NCBI GenBank assembly: GCA_002269645.1
Contig: NIVC01001921.1
Coordinates: 62,001 to 126,000 of the forward strand
Source of the DNA: Macrostomum lignano
Lineage: Eukaryota
Direction: 5' to 3'
Length of the DNA: 64,000 nucleotides
The stretch's first letter is position 1, and each line of letters opens with the position of its first letter. Below, one piece after another: positions 24,786 to 40,005 of this stretch. The translations under genes and the position numbers were made by a program. The notes beneath the pieces were generated by a model that saw only the letters and a program-made list of their open reading frames with translations, ran no database searches and was not told the origin of the DNA.

Positions 24786-25334
24786 TTAAAAGGCTTTAAT
24801 AAAACCCCGCTGCCACTTCAGGCGGGTCCCCGAAGCAGTTTCTCCAAATTTTAGGCGCCAATTTCTGAACTCATATTCGCCTGCGACAGACGGGATCGAG
24901 AGACGGTTGGAGGGCGGTTGGCAGAGAAGAGAAATTTTCACGACAAACTTCTTCCGCCGCAAAAATTGTCGATAGCAACAACTTTATTTGCCCGACAGCG
25001 GTTGCCGGGGAAATAAAAAAATAGAGACAGAGTTAGAGAGATTTCTCGGCAAACGAAGGAAGCGAACCAGAGAGAGAGAGAGAGAGACTGCAGCCACCGC
25101 CTGCTCCATCAATTCTTAATCAGCTCACTGCGAACTGCAACTCCGATCCCCTGGAACCGGGCAGTTTCAGCCCGAACTCCCCAGGGGGAGCGCCGGGATT
25201 CCACTTTGAACTTTGAGGCCGCGCCACTCGAGAAATTCGCGGGCTATCGGGGAGAGGCCGGACTCGAGTCCCAGCGGCTGAGCTGTCTGCCAGTGAAAAT
25301 GTTATTTACGATACATATCGGCTAACTGGCTTGC

Positions 25335-25445
25335 GTGCACGAAAGTTATCCGGTTGGGTTGAGGTGTGACTCACAGCCATGAGGGCATGTCTGAGTGCAG
25401 TATTGGTGCGCTTGTGTGCTCGGAGTCAGCGGAATGAGCAGCTTG
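25335..25445 (+). mobile_element. Diverged fragment of SINE family 1 (3' part)
   Basis: gcgcttgtgtgctcggagtcagcggaatgagcag resembles gcacttgtgtgcctgctccggggagtcggcggaatgggcag at 1745-1786. Confidence 0.5.
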
Positions 25446-25606
25446 AAGGACTTAAGATTGCAGATTTTCCTCAGCATTGCCTCCCCAGTTCGCTTTGACA
25501 GGCTGGGCCTAAATATTGCACCTGCCTGTTAGTTGCTTTTGGGTGCTTCCTAAATTTGGTTTGCTTAAATATTTGTTGACTTGCCTCTCAGGTACTCTGT
25601 CCTCAT

Positions 25607-26492
25607 CATATCTATTCTCACCCAATTTATTCTCACCATAGCCATTCTCACCTAATCTATTCTCACCCTATCTATTCTCACCATATCCATTCTCACCCAA
25701 CCTATTCTCACCATATCCATTCTCACCCAATCTATTCTCACCCAATCTATTCTCACCAAATCCATTCTCACCCAATCTATTCTCACCCAATCTATTCTCA
25801 CCATATCTATTCTCACCATATCTATTCTCACCCAATCTATTCTCACCCAATCTATTCTCACCAAATCCATTCTCACCCAATCTATTCTCACCCAATCTAT
25901 TCTCACCATATCTACTCCCACCCAACCTTATTCTCACCATATCTATTCTCACCTAATCTATTCTCACCATATCCATTCTCACCCAATCTATTCTCACCCT
26001 ATCTACTCCCACCCAATCTATTCTCACCCTATCTACTCCCACCCAATCTATTCTCACCCAATCTATTCTCACCCAATCTATTCTCACCCAATCTATTCTC
26101 ACCCAATCTATTCTCACCCAATCTATTCTCACCATATCTACTCCCACCCAATCTATTCTCATCATATCTATTCTCACCCAACCTATTCTCACCCAATCTA
26201 TTCTCACCCAATCTATTCTCACCCAATCTATTCTCACCCTATCTACTCCCATTCAACCTATTCTCACCCTATCTACTCCCACCCAATCTATTCTCACCAT
26301 ATCCATTCTCACCCAACCTATTCTCACCATATCTACTCCCACCCAATCTATTCTCACCATATCCATTCTCACCCAACCTATTCTCACCATATCTACTCCC
26401 ACCCAATCTATTCTCATCATATCTATTCTCACCCAACCTATTCTCACCATATCTACTCCCACCCAACCTATTCTCACCATATCTACTCTCAC
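25607..26492. repeat. 15-bp minisatellite (ccaatctattctcac)n
   Basis: About 59 degenerate copies. Confidence 0.95.
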
Positions 26493-26597
26493 CCGAGTGT
26501 CGGTAGGATTTTGAGTCTACCTTTTGGTCCTTTCCCTCCTCTCTCATGGCCATAGCCAGTTTCTACACGCCATCAGCGACCCCCTCCGCAGCCTCAC

Positions 26598-26792
26598 CTC
26601 CAGGTTGTCGAACATGGTGTCCACATTTTCAGTCCGTCGATTCCATCGAACTCCCCGAACTCCGCCGCCTCCGCCGCTGCCTCCTCCGCCGCCGCCGGCT
26701 CCGCTGCCGAGCTGACGACCTTCCGAGAGGTGCTGGTGGTGGTGGTGGCCCAGCTGCTGGCCGCCAACCACCGTGGCTCGGGTTGCAAACAT
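26598..26792 (-). CDS. Candidate alternative first exon B of the DPP gene (MFATRATVVGGQQLGHHHHQH..GGGG..VDTMFDNLE)
   Basis: ATG at 26792, 65 open codons with Gly/His low-complexity coding character, phase-0 donor GAG|GTGAGG. Confidence 0.65.
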
Positions 26793-27354
26793 TGTGCCCG
26801 TCTGCCTGCCCACTGCCTGCCGTCACCGCAAGCGGCAGTTTGCCATTTTTGTCCGCCCTGCCTGCCCTCCACTTGTCCGCAGCCACCCCCCCCCCGATTC
26901 CGCAATCCAATCCTCATGCACTCGCCTCACAGCCCGGCCATTTTTTCAACTCCGCAGCATAAATTTCTATCATAAAATTCTTTTCTTGCCTACTAATAGT
27001 AGCTGAAAATCCACATGGAAATGTTTTTCAAGAATAACGAATGGCGCTGTAAGGACTGGAGGGATTAGAAATATTCGCAGAGTGCACACCTGGGCATTCT
27101 TCACTCTTTTAATTCCCTCTGAGCACAGTTTATCTTCCCCTGATCCCACAGGGCCGGACATTGGTTATAATTGAAATTCCGGATAGCAGAGAGAACTGAA
27201 ATCTGTAGCGATAGGCAAACAGGGGGTGAGGAGGGGAGCGGCTCTGAGAGTTGCAAAACGGCCCCGAGAAATGCTGCTCTGCTTTGTCTGACCTGATGAA
27301 TTAGAAAAACGGCTGAGTGCCTTTCGAATACTTGAATAAAGATTTCAATTTAAT

Positions 27355-28940
27355 CATCTATGCCTGTCTATCTCTGCCTATGCCTGTCTATCTCTGTCTA
27401 TCTCTGTCTATCTCTGCCTATGCCTGTCTATCTCTGTCTATCCCCGTCTATCCCTGTCTATCCCTGTCTATCCCTGTCTATCCCTGTCTATCCCTGTCTA
27501 TCCCTGTCTATCCCTGTCTATCCCTGTCTATCCCTGTCTATCCCTGTCTATCCCTGTCTATCCTCGTCTATCCCCGTCTATCCCTGTCTATCCCTGTCTA
27601 TCCCTGTCTATCCTCGTCTATCCCCGTCTATCCCTGTCTATCCCTGTCTATCCCTGTCTATCCCCGTCTATCCCTGTCTATCCCTGTATATCCCTGTCTA
27701 TCCCTGTCTATACCTGTCTATCCCTGTATATCCCTGTCTATCCCTGTATATCCCTGTCTATCCCTGTGTATCCCTGTGTATCCCTGTCTATCCCTGTCTA
27801 TCCCTGTATATCCCTGTCTATCCCTGTCTATCCCTGTCTATCCCTGTGTATCCCTGTCTATCCCTGTCTATCCCTGTCTATCCCTGTCTATCCCTGTCTA
27901 TCCCTGTCTATCCCTGTCTATCCCTGTCTATCCCTGTATATCCCTGTCTATCCCTGTCTATCCCTGTCTATCCCTGTCTATCCCTGTCTATCCCTGTCTA
28001 TCCCTGTCTATCCCTGTCTATCCCTGTCTATCCCTGTCTATCCCTGTCTATCCCTGTCTATCCCTGTCTATCCCTGTCTATCCCTGTCTATCCCTGTCTA
28101 TCCCTGTCTATCCCTGTCTATCCCTGTCTATCCCTGTCTATCCCTGTCTATCCCTGTCTATCCCTGTCTATCCCTGTATATCCCTGTCTATCCCTGTCTA
28201 TCCCTGTCTATCCTCGTCTATCCCTGTCTATCCCTGTCTATCCCTGTCTATCCCTGTCTATCCTCGTCTATCCCCGTCTATCCCTGTCTATCCCTGTCTA
28301 TCCCTGTCTATCCCCGTCTATCCCTGTCTATCCCTGTATATCCCTGTCTATCCCTGTCTATACCTGTCTATCCCTGTATATCCCTGTCTATCCCTGTATA
28401 TCCCTGTCTATCCCTGTGTATCCCTGTGTATCCCTGTCTATCCCTGTCTATCCCTGTATATCCCTGTCTATCCCTGTCTATCCCTGTGTATCCCTGTCTA
28501 TCCCTGTCTATCCCTGTCTATCCCTGTCTATCCCTGTCTATCCCTGTCTATCCCTGTCTATCCCTGTGTATCCCTGTCTATCCCTGTCTATCCCTGTATA
28601 TCCCTGTCTATCCCTGTCTATCCCTGTCTATCTCTGTCTATCTCTGTCTATCTCTGTCTATCCCTGTCTATCCCTGTCTATCTCTGTCTATCTCTGTCTA
28701 TCTCTGTCTATCTCTGTCTATCTCTGTCTATCTCTGTCTATCTCTGTCTATCTCTGTCTATCTCTGTCTATCCCTGTCTATCTCTGTCTATCTCTGTCTA
28801 TCTCTGTCTATCTCTGTCTATCTCTGTCTATCTCTGTCTATCTCTGTCTATCTCTGACTATCCCTGTCTATCCCTGTCTATCCCTGTCTATCCCTGTCTA
28901 TCCCTGTCTATCCCTGTCTATCCCTGTCTATCCCTGTCTA
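27355..28940. repeat. 10-bp minisatellite (tatccctgtc)n
   Basis: About 158 copies with a gradient of variants. Confidence 0.96.
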
Positions 28941-29289
28941 TTCCAGTTTATCTCAGTTTGCACTTGTTTATCTCATTTAATGCCAGTTTATCTCATTACA
29001 GTTGAACTCAGTTGCAATGCGAGAAAGGCAGATGGCAGACTACAGGATCATATCTGCAGCGGAGCAGCTGAGTCTGCTACTCAGACTTATCTGAGGAACT
29101 TTATTTATCCCCATTTGAGATCTGAGGCGCAGATCTGGGACAAGCTCTGCCGCTTGCCCCACTCAATAAATTAGCTGGCTTTGACAGCGGGCTGCCCCAG
29201 CAACCACCGGTCTTAGCTGGGACCGATTTCGCACCTTCAAGCCGAGCTTATCATGAATAAACTGCATTAAGAGAGAATTTCAGACTCGT

Positions 29290-29430
29290 GCTAGAAAATT
29301 GATCCGGGGCTTGGCTTGGTTCCACGCAAACTCGTGAGAGCAAAACTTCAAGGCTCATTGTGCGTCTTTCACCGATGAGAAAGCCGGGGCCGCTGTACAC
29401 CCTCTGTGAGCGTGAGCCTGTGGACAGCAC
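29290..29430 (+). mobile_element. Diverged fragment of SINE family 1 (body)
   Basis: aaattga..ggcttggct and ggggccgctgtacaccctctgtgag match 1590-1720. Confidence 0.55.
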
Positions 29431-29543
29431 CAATGTGGGTGCTCAGGGGTCAGCGAAATGAGATGGGCATGGCTGCTTGGCTCTTTGCTGGCTGCGGGCC
29501 CACTGTCGACTTCCTTGACTTGCGGCAGCGCCCGAAGCCTTTA

Positions 29544-29760
29544 AGTCACGTGAGTTTCATTTTGAAGAGAATTTTCAAGTCACGTGACTTTCATTTTGAG
29601 GGAGTTTTCAAGTCACGTGACTTCCATTTTCGAGGGAGTTTCAAGTCACGTGACTTTCATTTTTGAGAGAATTCTCAAACCACGTGACTTCCATTTTCGA
29701 GGGAGTTTTCAAGTCACGTGACTTTCATTTTTGAGAGAATTCTCAAATCACGTGACTCAC
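29544..29760. repeat. ~33-bp minisatellite carrying the palindrome GTCACGTGAC
   Basis: About 6-7 copies. Confidence 0.85.
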
Positions 29761-30019
29761 GAAAAATAAAGATATTTTTAACTTTTCTCTCTGGTGAAGA
29801 CAGTCTCTTGCTCTTTCCTAAATCTGAGGAATTTAGGTAAAACATCACATGACCTCGAGTTCTCAAAGCGTTCGAGGTCAAATTGTACCGATGCTACAAG
29901 CCAATTTAGCTTCGAAGGTGTATCTAATCTGTCTGAAAAGTAAAGGAAGATAAGAAACCACAGCTGTGACGCCAAAAAATCTCAATCAGAGATGTGACTT
30001 TGATCACACTTCTACGACT

Positions 30020-30411
30020 GGATAGAGGCGCCATATCGGGGAACTGACAGAGGCGCCAGATCGGGGAACTGATAGAGGCGCCAGATCGGGGAACTGACAG
30101 AGGTGCCAAATCGGGGGAACTGACAGAGGCGCCAGATCGGGGAACTGACAGAGGTGCCAAATCGGGGGAACTGACAGAGGCGCCAGATCGGGGAACTGAT
30201 AGAGGCGCCAGATCGGGGAACTGATAGAGGCGCCAGATCGGGGAACTGACAGAGGTGCCAAATCGGGGGAACTGATAGAGGCGCCAGATCGGGGAACTGA
30301 CAGAGGCGCCAGATCGGGGAACTGACAGAGGCGCCAGATCGGGGAACTGATAGAGGCGCCAGATCGGGGAACTGATAGAGGCGCCAGATCGGGGAACTGA
30401 CAGAGGCGCCA
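30020..30411. repeat. 25-bp minisatellite (agaggcgccagatcggggaactgac)n
   Basis: About 15 copies. Confidence 0.94.
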
Positions 30412-30514
30412 TTCGACTTTCGAGCTTAACGTCCAGACCACTTGAAAAACTTCATCAGCAGTTGCGCCTCAGCCTCTAAAACTGCTTCATCAACGTTCAC
30501 TCCATCAGCCTCAC

Positions 30515-30829
30515 CAGCTGTAGCAACTGCAGCTGCTGCTCCTGCACCTGCTTCCTCAGCAAGTCCTGCTGCCTCCGGCGTGCTGCCGTCTCCCGCATGG
30601 AGCACGCACTGCCGCTGCCGCTGCCGCCGACGCCTTCGCCGGCTCCTCCAGCGGCGCCGGTGCCGTCGACTGCCATCGTTGGCGTCGCCTCGCCGCCGTC
30701 GGCGCCAAGCGCGGCCGCCACGCTGCGCCTGAGCTGGCGCTGAAGCTGCGAGCTGCGCCGCTTCGCCAGCCGCCTGTCCTCGTCGTTGGCGTAGTCCTCG
30801 AACAGCGGGTCCGGGGGCCGCTCTGCCAT
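30515..30829 (-). CDS. Candidate alternative first exon C of the DPP gene (MAERPPDPLFEDYANDEDRRLAKRR..QEQQLQLLQL)
   Basis: ATG at 30829, 105 open codons of GC-rich protein-like sequence, phase-0 donor CTG|GTGAGG. A possible acceptor (aaag|attg) near 30916 suggests an upstream UTR exon. Confidence 0.65.
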
Positions 30830-31339
30830 CCGGGTGGCAGCAGCCAGACAGCCTGTCGCAGATCCCGCCAGATGCTCCCACCGGAAATTGCCTGTCCCTG
30901 GCCGCTCCGCCGTCAATCTTTGAGCCGGGCAGCTCAGAGAAATGTCACGCGCACAGCCGAGTCTGCTTTATCTCGGCTTGCTAAATCCATTCTCTTTACC
31001 TGCGAATCCAGGCCTCAATTACAATTGGTCCGAGGTTACCTGTGCCGCGCCGTATCCGGGATTGGCAGCGGTTCAGAGCCGCTGCCTTTCAGCCTCCGCC
31101 TCTCCTGTCATGAGCCGTCTCGGCCCGAACCCCCCCCCCTCCCCTATTCAGAAATCCATTTTTTGCATCGCTCATGAAATTCTGCTTCATTCTTTCTCCC
31201 TCTAATTGTGTGCTGCTGCCAGCTCCCATCCCCTCAGCTCTCCGCCAGCTTTCACTGTTGCCCCATTGTCTTCCGCTGCCTGCGCTCGGCAAAGGCCCGG
31301 CTCTGCCAAGCAGATTCAAATTAGGCCAGGAAGACTCTG

Positions 31340-31442
31340 CCTCCCCAAGGTTGCCCCGGACTCGATTCCGCCACGTGAGGCCACTTTTTTTCAATGAGAC
31401 AGTCAGGGCCGCGTACACCCTGCATGAGCCTGTGCCTGCGTT
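31340..31442 (+). mobile_element. Diverged fragment of SINE family 1 (body)
   Basis: ccccaagg..aatga..cagggccgcgtacaccctgcatgagcctgtgcctgcg matches 1640-1720. Confidence 0.5.
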
Positions 31443-31807
31443 GGGGCAGGGCCAACCCCCCCCCCTGCGAAAGATGCATTCTGAGTTTGAAACCAAATAA
31501 CTTCAATCTTCAAGCAACGTTGGGACTGAGGTTGCCTGGGGAACAGAATGGATGATGCTGGAGTTGACAGGGCCAGGAGCTCTGCCTGCGGCTGTCAGCT
31601 GTAAATGACGAATGAGGCTGTGGAGGTTGGCCCGGCACGGGGCTATCAATATGGGCTGCCGTGCTGGCGACAGGGAGCGGGGAAGAGAGAGTTTTAGAAT
31701 GTTTTGGGAGAAAGTCGGCGTAAAAAATCCAACACAGCGGCTCGGAGAGGGACGGAAGGAAAATTGACCGAAAATGTTTTCAATTCAGAAGGATGGGCAG
31801 TATGAGA

Positions 31808-32685
31808 TGAGAGTCAGATAAGGAAATTCAGACAAGGAGAGAGTCAGACAAAGAGAGAGTCAGACAAGTATAGAGTCAGACAAGAAGAGAGTCAGACAAG
31901 TATAGAGTCAGACAAGGAGAGAGTCAGACAAGTATAGAGTCAGACAAGGAGAGAGTCAGACAAGTATAGAGTCAGACAAGGAGAGAGTCAGACAAGGAGA
32001 GAGTCAGACAAGGAGAGAGTCAGACAAGGAGAGAGTCAGACAGGTATAGAGTCAGACAAGGAGAGGATCAGACAAGGAGAGAGTCAGACAAGGAGAGAGT
32101 CAGACAAGGAGAGAGTCAGACAAGGAGAGAGTCAGACAAGGAGAGAGTCAGACAAGGAGAGACAAGGAGAGAGTCAGACAAAGAGAGAGTCAGACAAGGA
32201 GAGAGAGTCAGACAAGTATAGAGTCAGACAAGGAGAGAGTCAGACAAGGAGAGACAAGGAGAGAGTCAGACAAAGAGAGAGTCAGACAAGGAGAGAGTCA
32301 GACAAAGAGAGAGACAAGGAGAGACAAGGAGAGAGTCAGACAAAGAGAGAGTCAGACAAGGAGAGAGTCAGACAAAGAGAGAGTCAGACAAGGAGAGAGT
32401 CAGACAAGGAGAGAGTCAGACAAGGAGAGACAAGGAGAGAGTCAGACAAAGAGAGAGTCAGACAAGGAGAGAGTCAGACAAGGAGAGAGTCAGACAAGGA
32501 GAGACAAGGAGAGAGTCAGACAAGGAGAGACAAGGAGAGAGTCAGACAAAGAGAGAGTCAGACAAGAAGAGAGTCAGATGAGAAGAGAGTCAGATGAGAA
32601 GAGAGTCAGACAAGGAGAGACAAGAGAGTCAGACAAGAAGAGAGTCAGACAAGGAGAGAGTCAGACAAGGAGAGAGTCAGACAAG
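31808..32685. repeat. 16-bp minisatellite (gagagagtcagacaag)n
   Basis: Direct inspection. Confidence 0.94.
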
Positions 32686-33022
32686 GAAAAATTAAGATAA
32701 AATCGCGTCAGCTTGGATTTCATCAGCTGTCCGAAGCTGTCCATCCGTGTCCGAGCAAAGCCTATAAAATTGAACCGTTTTGTACAGCAGCTCAAACAGC
32801 AGCTCAAATCAACAATCAATGCTTGAGACCAATCGATAAAAATATCTCCCACAGGGGAATCAGATTTCGTCAGCAGCTGGGAATTGGACAAAATGGAAAG
32901 ATTTACAAACTCATTCTTCCTCTTATAAGTTTTTCATCAAACTGGAGCTTAAGAAAATATTTTAACTGTCCCGCCTGCTTTTACTGCAAGTAGGCCAGTG
33001 CGCATTTTGTCAGTCAGCTTAC

Positions 33023-33136
33023 CGCAAGCACATCGGGCGGAATGTCGTTAATATTGACGTTGTTCTTGCCTCGGCGCTTGCCGCGGTACGGCGAGGTGCC
33101 GCTTCGTTCGCCGCCTGCGCCTGATGAAGCGTACAT
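33023..33136 (-). CDS. Candidate alternative first coding exon D of the DPP gene (MYASSGAGGERSGTSPYRGKRRGKNNVNINDIPPDVLA)
   Basis: Acceptor tttcag|gcc at 33164, ATG at 33136, 38 open codons, phase-0 donor GCG|GTAAGC. Confidence 0.7.
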
Positions 33137-34189
33137 GATGATGCCGGATGCTGCGGAGGTTGGCCTGAAAAATTTGTCAAATATTTTCTTCGATTTTCTT
33201 AGAAACGTATATTTGCCCTAAGTGCAGTTAGAACACACAGAGCAGGGGGTTTTGCCATAGACAAATTCTATCAAGAAGCATTAAAAAGATCTGATTTCCC
33301 GAGAAAACTCTCCAGCTCATTTCAAAGAAAATCGAGCTCAGAATTGAATTCGAATCAAAATCATCGCATAAAAAAGGTCAGTTGGGGGCATTGTTGAAAT
33401 TTTGTTATGAATATCGACCCCTTCGCATCGGAAATAATCGTTATTCGCTGCACCTCAAAGCTCAACCTTTGAGCTCACTGGACTCCTTAAATTATTAATG
33501 CACTTCTGCACTTCCTCAGCCCCGCAGCAACCGACTCCTGCTTGACCCCGGCAGCAACTGAGCACAGCTGATGAGCTGTTGTTCATCTCGGCAGAAAATG
33601 GAGAGAAGAAAAAGAAAAAAAATCTGTTGGAGCACCGCGAGTTTTCCCTCCGAGCCGCCCGCCGGTTGGAAGGAGAGAAACCGTCCGGATCAGAGAGGAG
33701 AGGCTGGGAGCAAAGATGACGGACTTCTGTTTATATTGAGAGCGGCAAAGCCTCCCCGTGAGTGAGTTTGAGAGCGCCGCGCTGGCCTGCAGATCCTGCA
33801 GAGGGGGGAGGGCAGCTCATGCGGTCTGCAACTCGATTCTAAAAATAGCGCAGCAGCCAGGAATTTCGAACCCGGTGGTCCCTCTCCCTCCCAGACTAAT
33901 TAAGCCCGACTCAGACTGCGGCGTCTGTCAGGCGCTGGCGAGGTCCCGGGCTCGAATTTCCCGGATGCGGCAGCTTGAGTGAAAATAAAAACGGAGTTTA
34001 GAGCGACTGGGGAAATTCTGCGGGAAATGGACGGCGGAGAGGGGGAAAGGGGGAAAAGGACGTTTGCGAATAAGGAACAGATTTACTGACTGCTGTGGGG
34101 ACTTTGGTTGACTGGGGACTGCGACAGAGTATGACGAAAAAATAGTAACAGCTCCTCATGCACTGAGAAAAACTTAGTCAGACCGCCAT

Positions 34190-36485
<2,296 letters not shown>

Positions 36486-37019
36486 CTGTGCGGTCCACAG
36501 GTCCCCTCTGAGAGCTGGGCGGAGATTCCCAGTCCGCCTGTCACTCATTAATTCCGAAACCTGACAGGGCCGCAGAGTTTATTCCCCTGTCTGGAATTTC
36601 CCCCAGGAATTCTCCGCAGTCCCGCCGGGGCCGAGCAGCCGGTAAATCACAGCCGCTGTGAGCTCTCCGCCTCCCCCCCCTCTGCGGACTCGAGCTCGAT
36701 TTTGTAGAGCAATCGGAATCCGTACGGACAGTGGGGTGCTGAAGCCGTGGCTGTCCGCGACACCTTTCGAGCATTTTACAAGAGAACGGAGAGTAGATAA
36801 AAAGGGAATTTTTTATATCTCGATAGGCGACTGGATGTGAGAGGCCTGGATTTTAATGCAGAATTGTCAAGAGAACTTTACTGGATTTTGAGAACAAGCG
36901 AGCTGAAGAAGAACTGAGAGCAAAAGACGGGCAGAGTGACCGGGGGATGTAGGAACAGCAAGTGCTGGACAAAGCCGGACCGACAGACAGACGACAAACA
37001 GTCAGGACAAGCAGACAAG

Positions 37020-37762
37020 CAGGCAGACAGACAGGCGGCGAATCAGAGCGGACAGGCGGGGAATCGTAGAGGACAGGTGGGGAATCAGAGCCGACAGGCG
37101 GGGAATCAAAGCGGACAGGCGGGGAATCAGAGCGGACAGGCGGGGAATCGCAGAGGACAGGTGGGGAATCAGAGCCGACAGGCGGGGAATCAGAGAGGAC
37201 AGGCGGGGAATCAGAGCGGACAGGCGGGGAATCAGAGCGGACAGGCGGGGAATCAGAGCGGACAGGCGGGGAATCAGAGCGGACAGGCGGGGAATCAGAG
37301 CGGACGGGCGGGGAATCAGAGCCGACAGGCGGGGAATCAGAGAGGACAGGCGGAATCAGAGCGGACAGGCGGGGAATCAGAGCGGACAGGCGGGGAATCA
37401 GAGCGGACAGGCGGGGAATCAGAGCGGACAGGCGGGGAATCAGAGCGGACAGGCGGGGAATCAGAGCGGACGGGCGGGGAATCAGAGCGGACAGGCGGGG
37501 AATCAGAGAGGACAGGCGGGGAATCAGAGCGGACAGGCGGGGAATCAGAGCGGACAGGCGGGGAATCAGAGAGGACAGGCGGGGAATCAGAGAGGATAGG
37601 CGGGGAATCGCAGAGGACAGGTGGGGAATCAGAGAGGACAGGCGGGGAATCAGAGAGGACAGGTGGGGAATCAGAGCGGACGGGCGGGGAATCAGAGCGG
37701 ACAGGCGGGGAATCAGAGCGGACGGGCGGGGAATCAGAGCGGACGGGCGGGGAATCAGAGCG
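37020..37762. repeat. 21-bp minisatellite (aggcggggaatcagagcggac)n
   Basis: About 35 copies. Confidence 0.95.
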
Positions 37763-38124
37763 ACCCCCAGCTTGTCCCCCCAGCTGGGAAAGTACAACGT
37801 GTCGGGCTGCTATTTTGCAAATTAGAATAATGAGGAACGTGGGGGGAAAAAGTCGGCGTCACAACGAAGGAAAGGATGAGGCGCTTCGCAAGGAGGCTGC
37901 AGCTCGTGGGAATTGGGACGCCGCCTTGAGCGAGAATTCCTGGCTCAGTGGGATTTGGCAAGATAGAATGAATTCGATGGGATGCCCTGCTTCACAGGAG
38001 TTGAGAATCCCGCGCGAGTCCGACTGAGGTAGCGAGTGAGAATAATGAGGCAGCCGACAATAAAGCTGTAAGACTGGCACGCACACGGATGCGTACATTG
38101 TGCACCAGCGGCACTGACTCTCAC

Positions 38125-38136
38125 TGCCGCGCTCAT
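38125..38136 (-). CDS. Candidate very short alternative first exon of the DPP gene (MSAA)
   Basis: ATG AGC GCG GCA|GTGAGA, phase 0; could be chance. Confidence 0.25.
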
Positions 38137-38929
38137 GGACAGCTGAAGCAGAAGACCGCTGCAATACAGAAGCAACAGACGGCGGCGAGGTTGGAAATTT
38201 TTCAGTTCAAGGACTACTCAAGTAGATGGACGGGAAACTTCGTTTCTTGGAAAGTTTTAGAAGGCCGGTTTTACCCGAAAGAATACATTAAGGAGAATGG
38301 AGGTTTTTATTTTTTGAGCATAAAATTTGTTAGCTAGCTGGAAAAAGTGGATTTTTTCTGTATCTCGCCTCAAGTGAGCTCGATCTGCAAGAACATGGAT
38401 CTCGGAGTTCCGGACTGAAAATCAGACTCAAGCAACTACTTTCCCCCAAAAGGTCTCAGAGAGCCGCTGCTCTGGGTTGAGTACTGCGGTAATATTCAAG
38501 CCTTCCCGAAGGAACTGCTGAATATATCAGCGATGTTGAAAAGCGGCCAGCTGCCGCCACTCCGCGGAACTGGATCGAGGACAGAAGTTTTGCAGAATGC
38601 TGATCTTCTTGCATTCTGGGAAGACCCAGATCACGGATGAGGGGAGCCGGAAGATGAAAACATGACAGTTCGAGTTAAAAGGGCCGAACGATCCTGTTGG
38701 AATTCTGCCGATCGCCGAAGTTCGAAATTTCGCACTAAAGGCTTTGCCAGAAATGCACCATTCAAAACTGCGATCGATCCCCGCTGGCACCAGGATTGAA
38801 GTCGCAGTGAATGCGCAGATAAAAAACTGTTTCCATGCTTTGGCTTTAAGCGCAATGCAGCACTAATTAGTGGCAGCGTTTAGCAATTAATATGGAGAGT
38901 CATTTACTGCGTGTTTAATCATATGTAGA

Positions 38930-40005
38930 TGATAGATTAGCAATCCATTCTATTCCTTCATCACTGATGTAGGCTAGATTAGCAATCCATTCTATTCCTT
39001 CATGACTAATGTAGGTGATAGATTAGCAATTTATTCTATTCCTTCATGACTGATGTAGGCTAGATTAGCAATCCATTCTATTCCTTCATGACTGATGTAG
39101 GCTAGATTAGCAATCCATTCTATTCCTTCATCTCTGATGTAGGCTAGATTAGCAATCCATTTTATTCCTTCATCTCTGATGTTGGCTAGATTAGCAATCC
39201 ATTCCATTCCTTAAACAGTGATTTTGGATAGATTAGCAATCCATTCCATTCCTTAAACAGTGATTTTGGATAGATTAGCAATCCATTCTATTCCTTAAAC
39301 AGTGATTTTGGATAGATTAGCAATCCATTCTATTCCTTAAACAGTGATTTTGGATAGATTAGCAATCCATTCTATTTCTTAAACAGTGATTTTGGATAGA
39401 TTAGCAATCCATTCTATTCCTTAAACAGTGATTTTGGATAGATTAGCAATCCATTCTATTCCTTAAACAGTGGTTTTGGATAGATTAGCAATCCATTCTA
39501 TTCCTTAAAAAGTGATGTTGGATAGATTAGCAATCCATTCTATTCCTTAAACAGTGATTTTGGACAGATTAGCAATCCATTCTATTCCTTAAACAGTGAT
39601 TTTGGACAGATTAGCAATCCATTCTATTCCTTAAACAGTGATTTTGGACAGATTAGCAATCCATTCTATTCCTTAAACAGTGATTTTGGATAGATTAGCA
39701 ATCCATTCTATTTCTTAAACAGTGATTTTGGATAGATTAGCAATCCATTCTATTCCTTAAACAGTGATTTTGGATAGATTAGCAATCCATTCTATTCCTT
39801 AAACAGTGGTTTTGGATAGATTAGCAATCCATTCTATTCCTTAAAAAGTGATGTTGGATAGATTAGCAATCCATTCTATTCCTTAAACAGTGATTTTGGA
39901 CAGATTAGCAATCCATTCTATTCCTTAAACAGTGATTTTGGACAGATTAGCAATCCATTCTATTCCTTAAACAGTGATTTTGGACAGATTAGCAATCCAT
40001 TCTAT
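38930..40005. repeat. 42-bp minisatellite (gatagattagcaatccattctattccttaaacagtgattttg)n
   Basis: About 25 copies in two subtypes. Confidence 0.95.

Noticed and set aside
25374-25381. ATG GCT|GTGAGT micro first exon (MA) for the DPP gene
   Set aside because: Lies within a diverged SINE fragment; a two-codon match is expected by chance.
27317-29174. 560-600 aa Cys-rich ORFs
   Set aside because: Translations of a 10-bp minisatellite.
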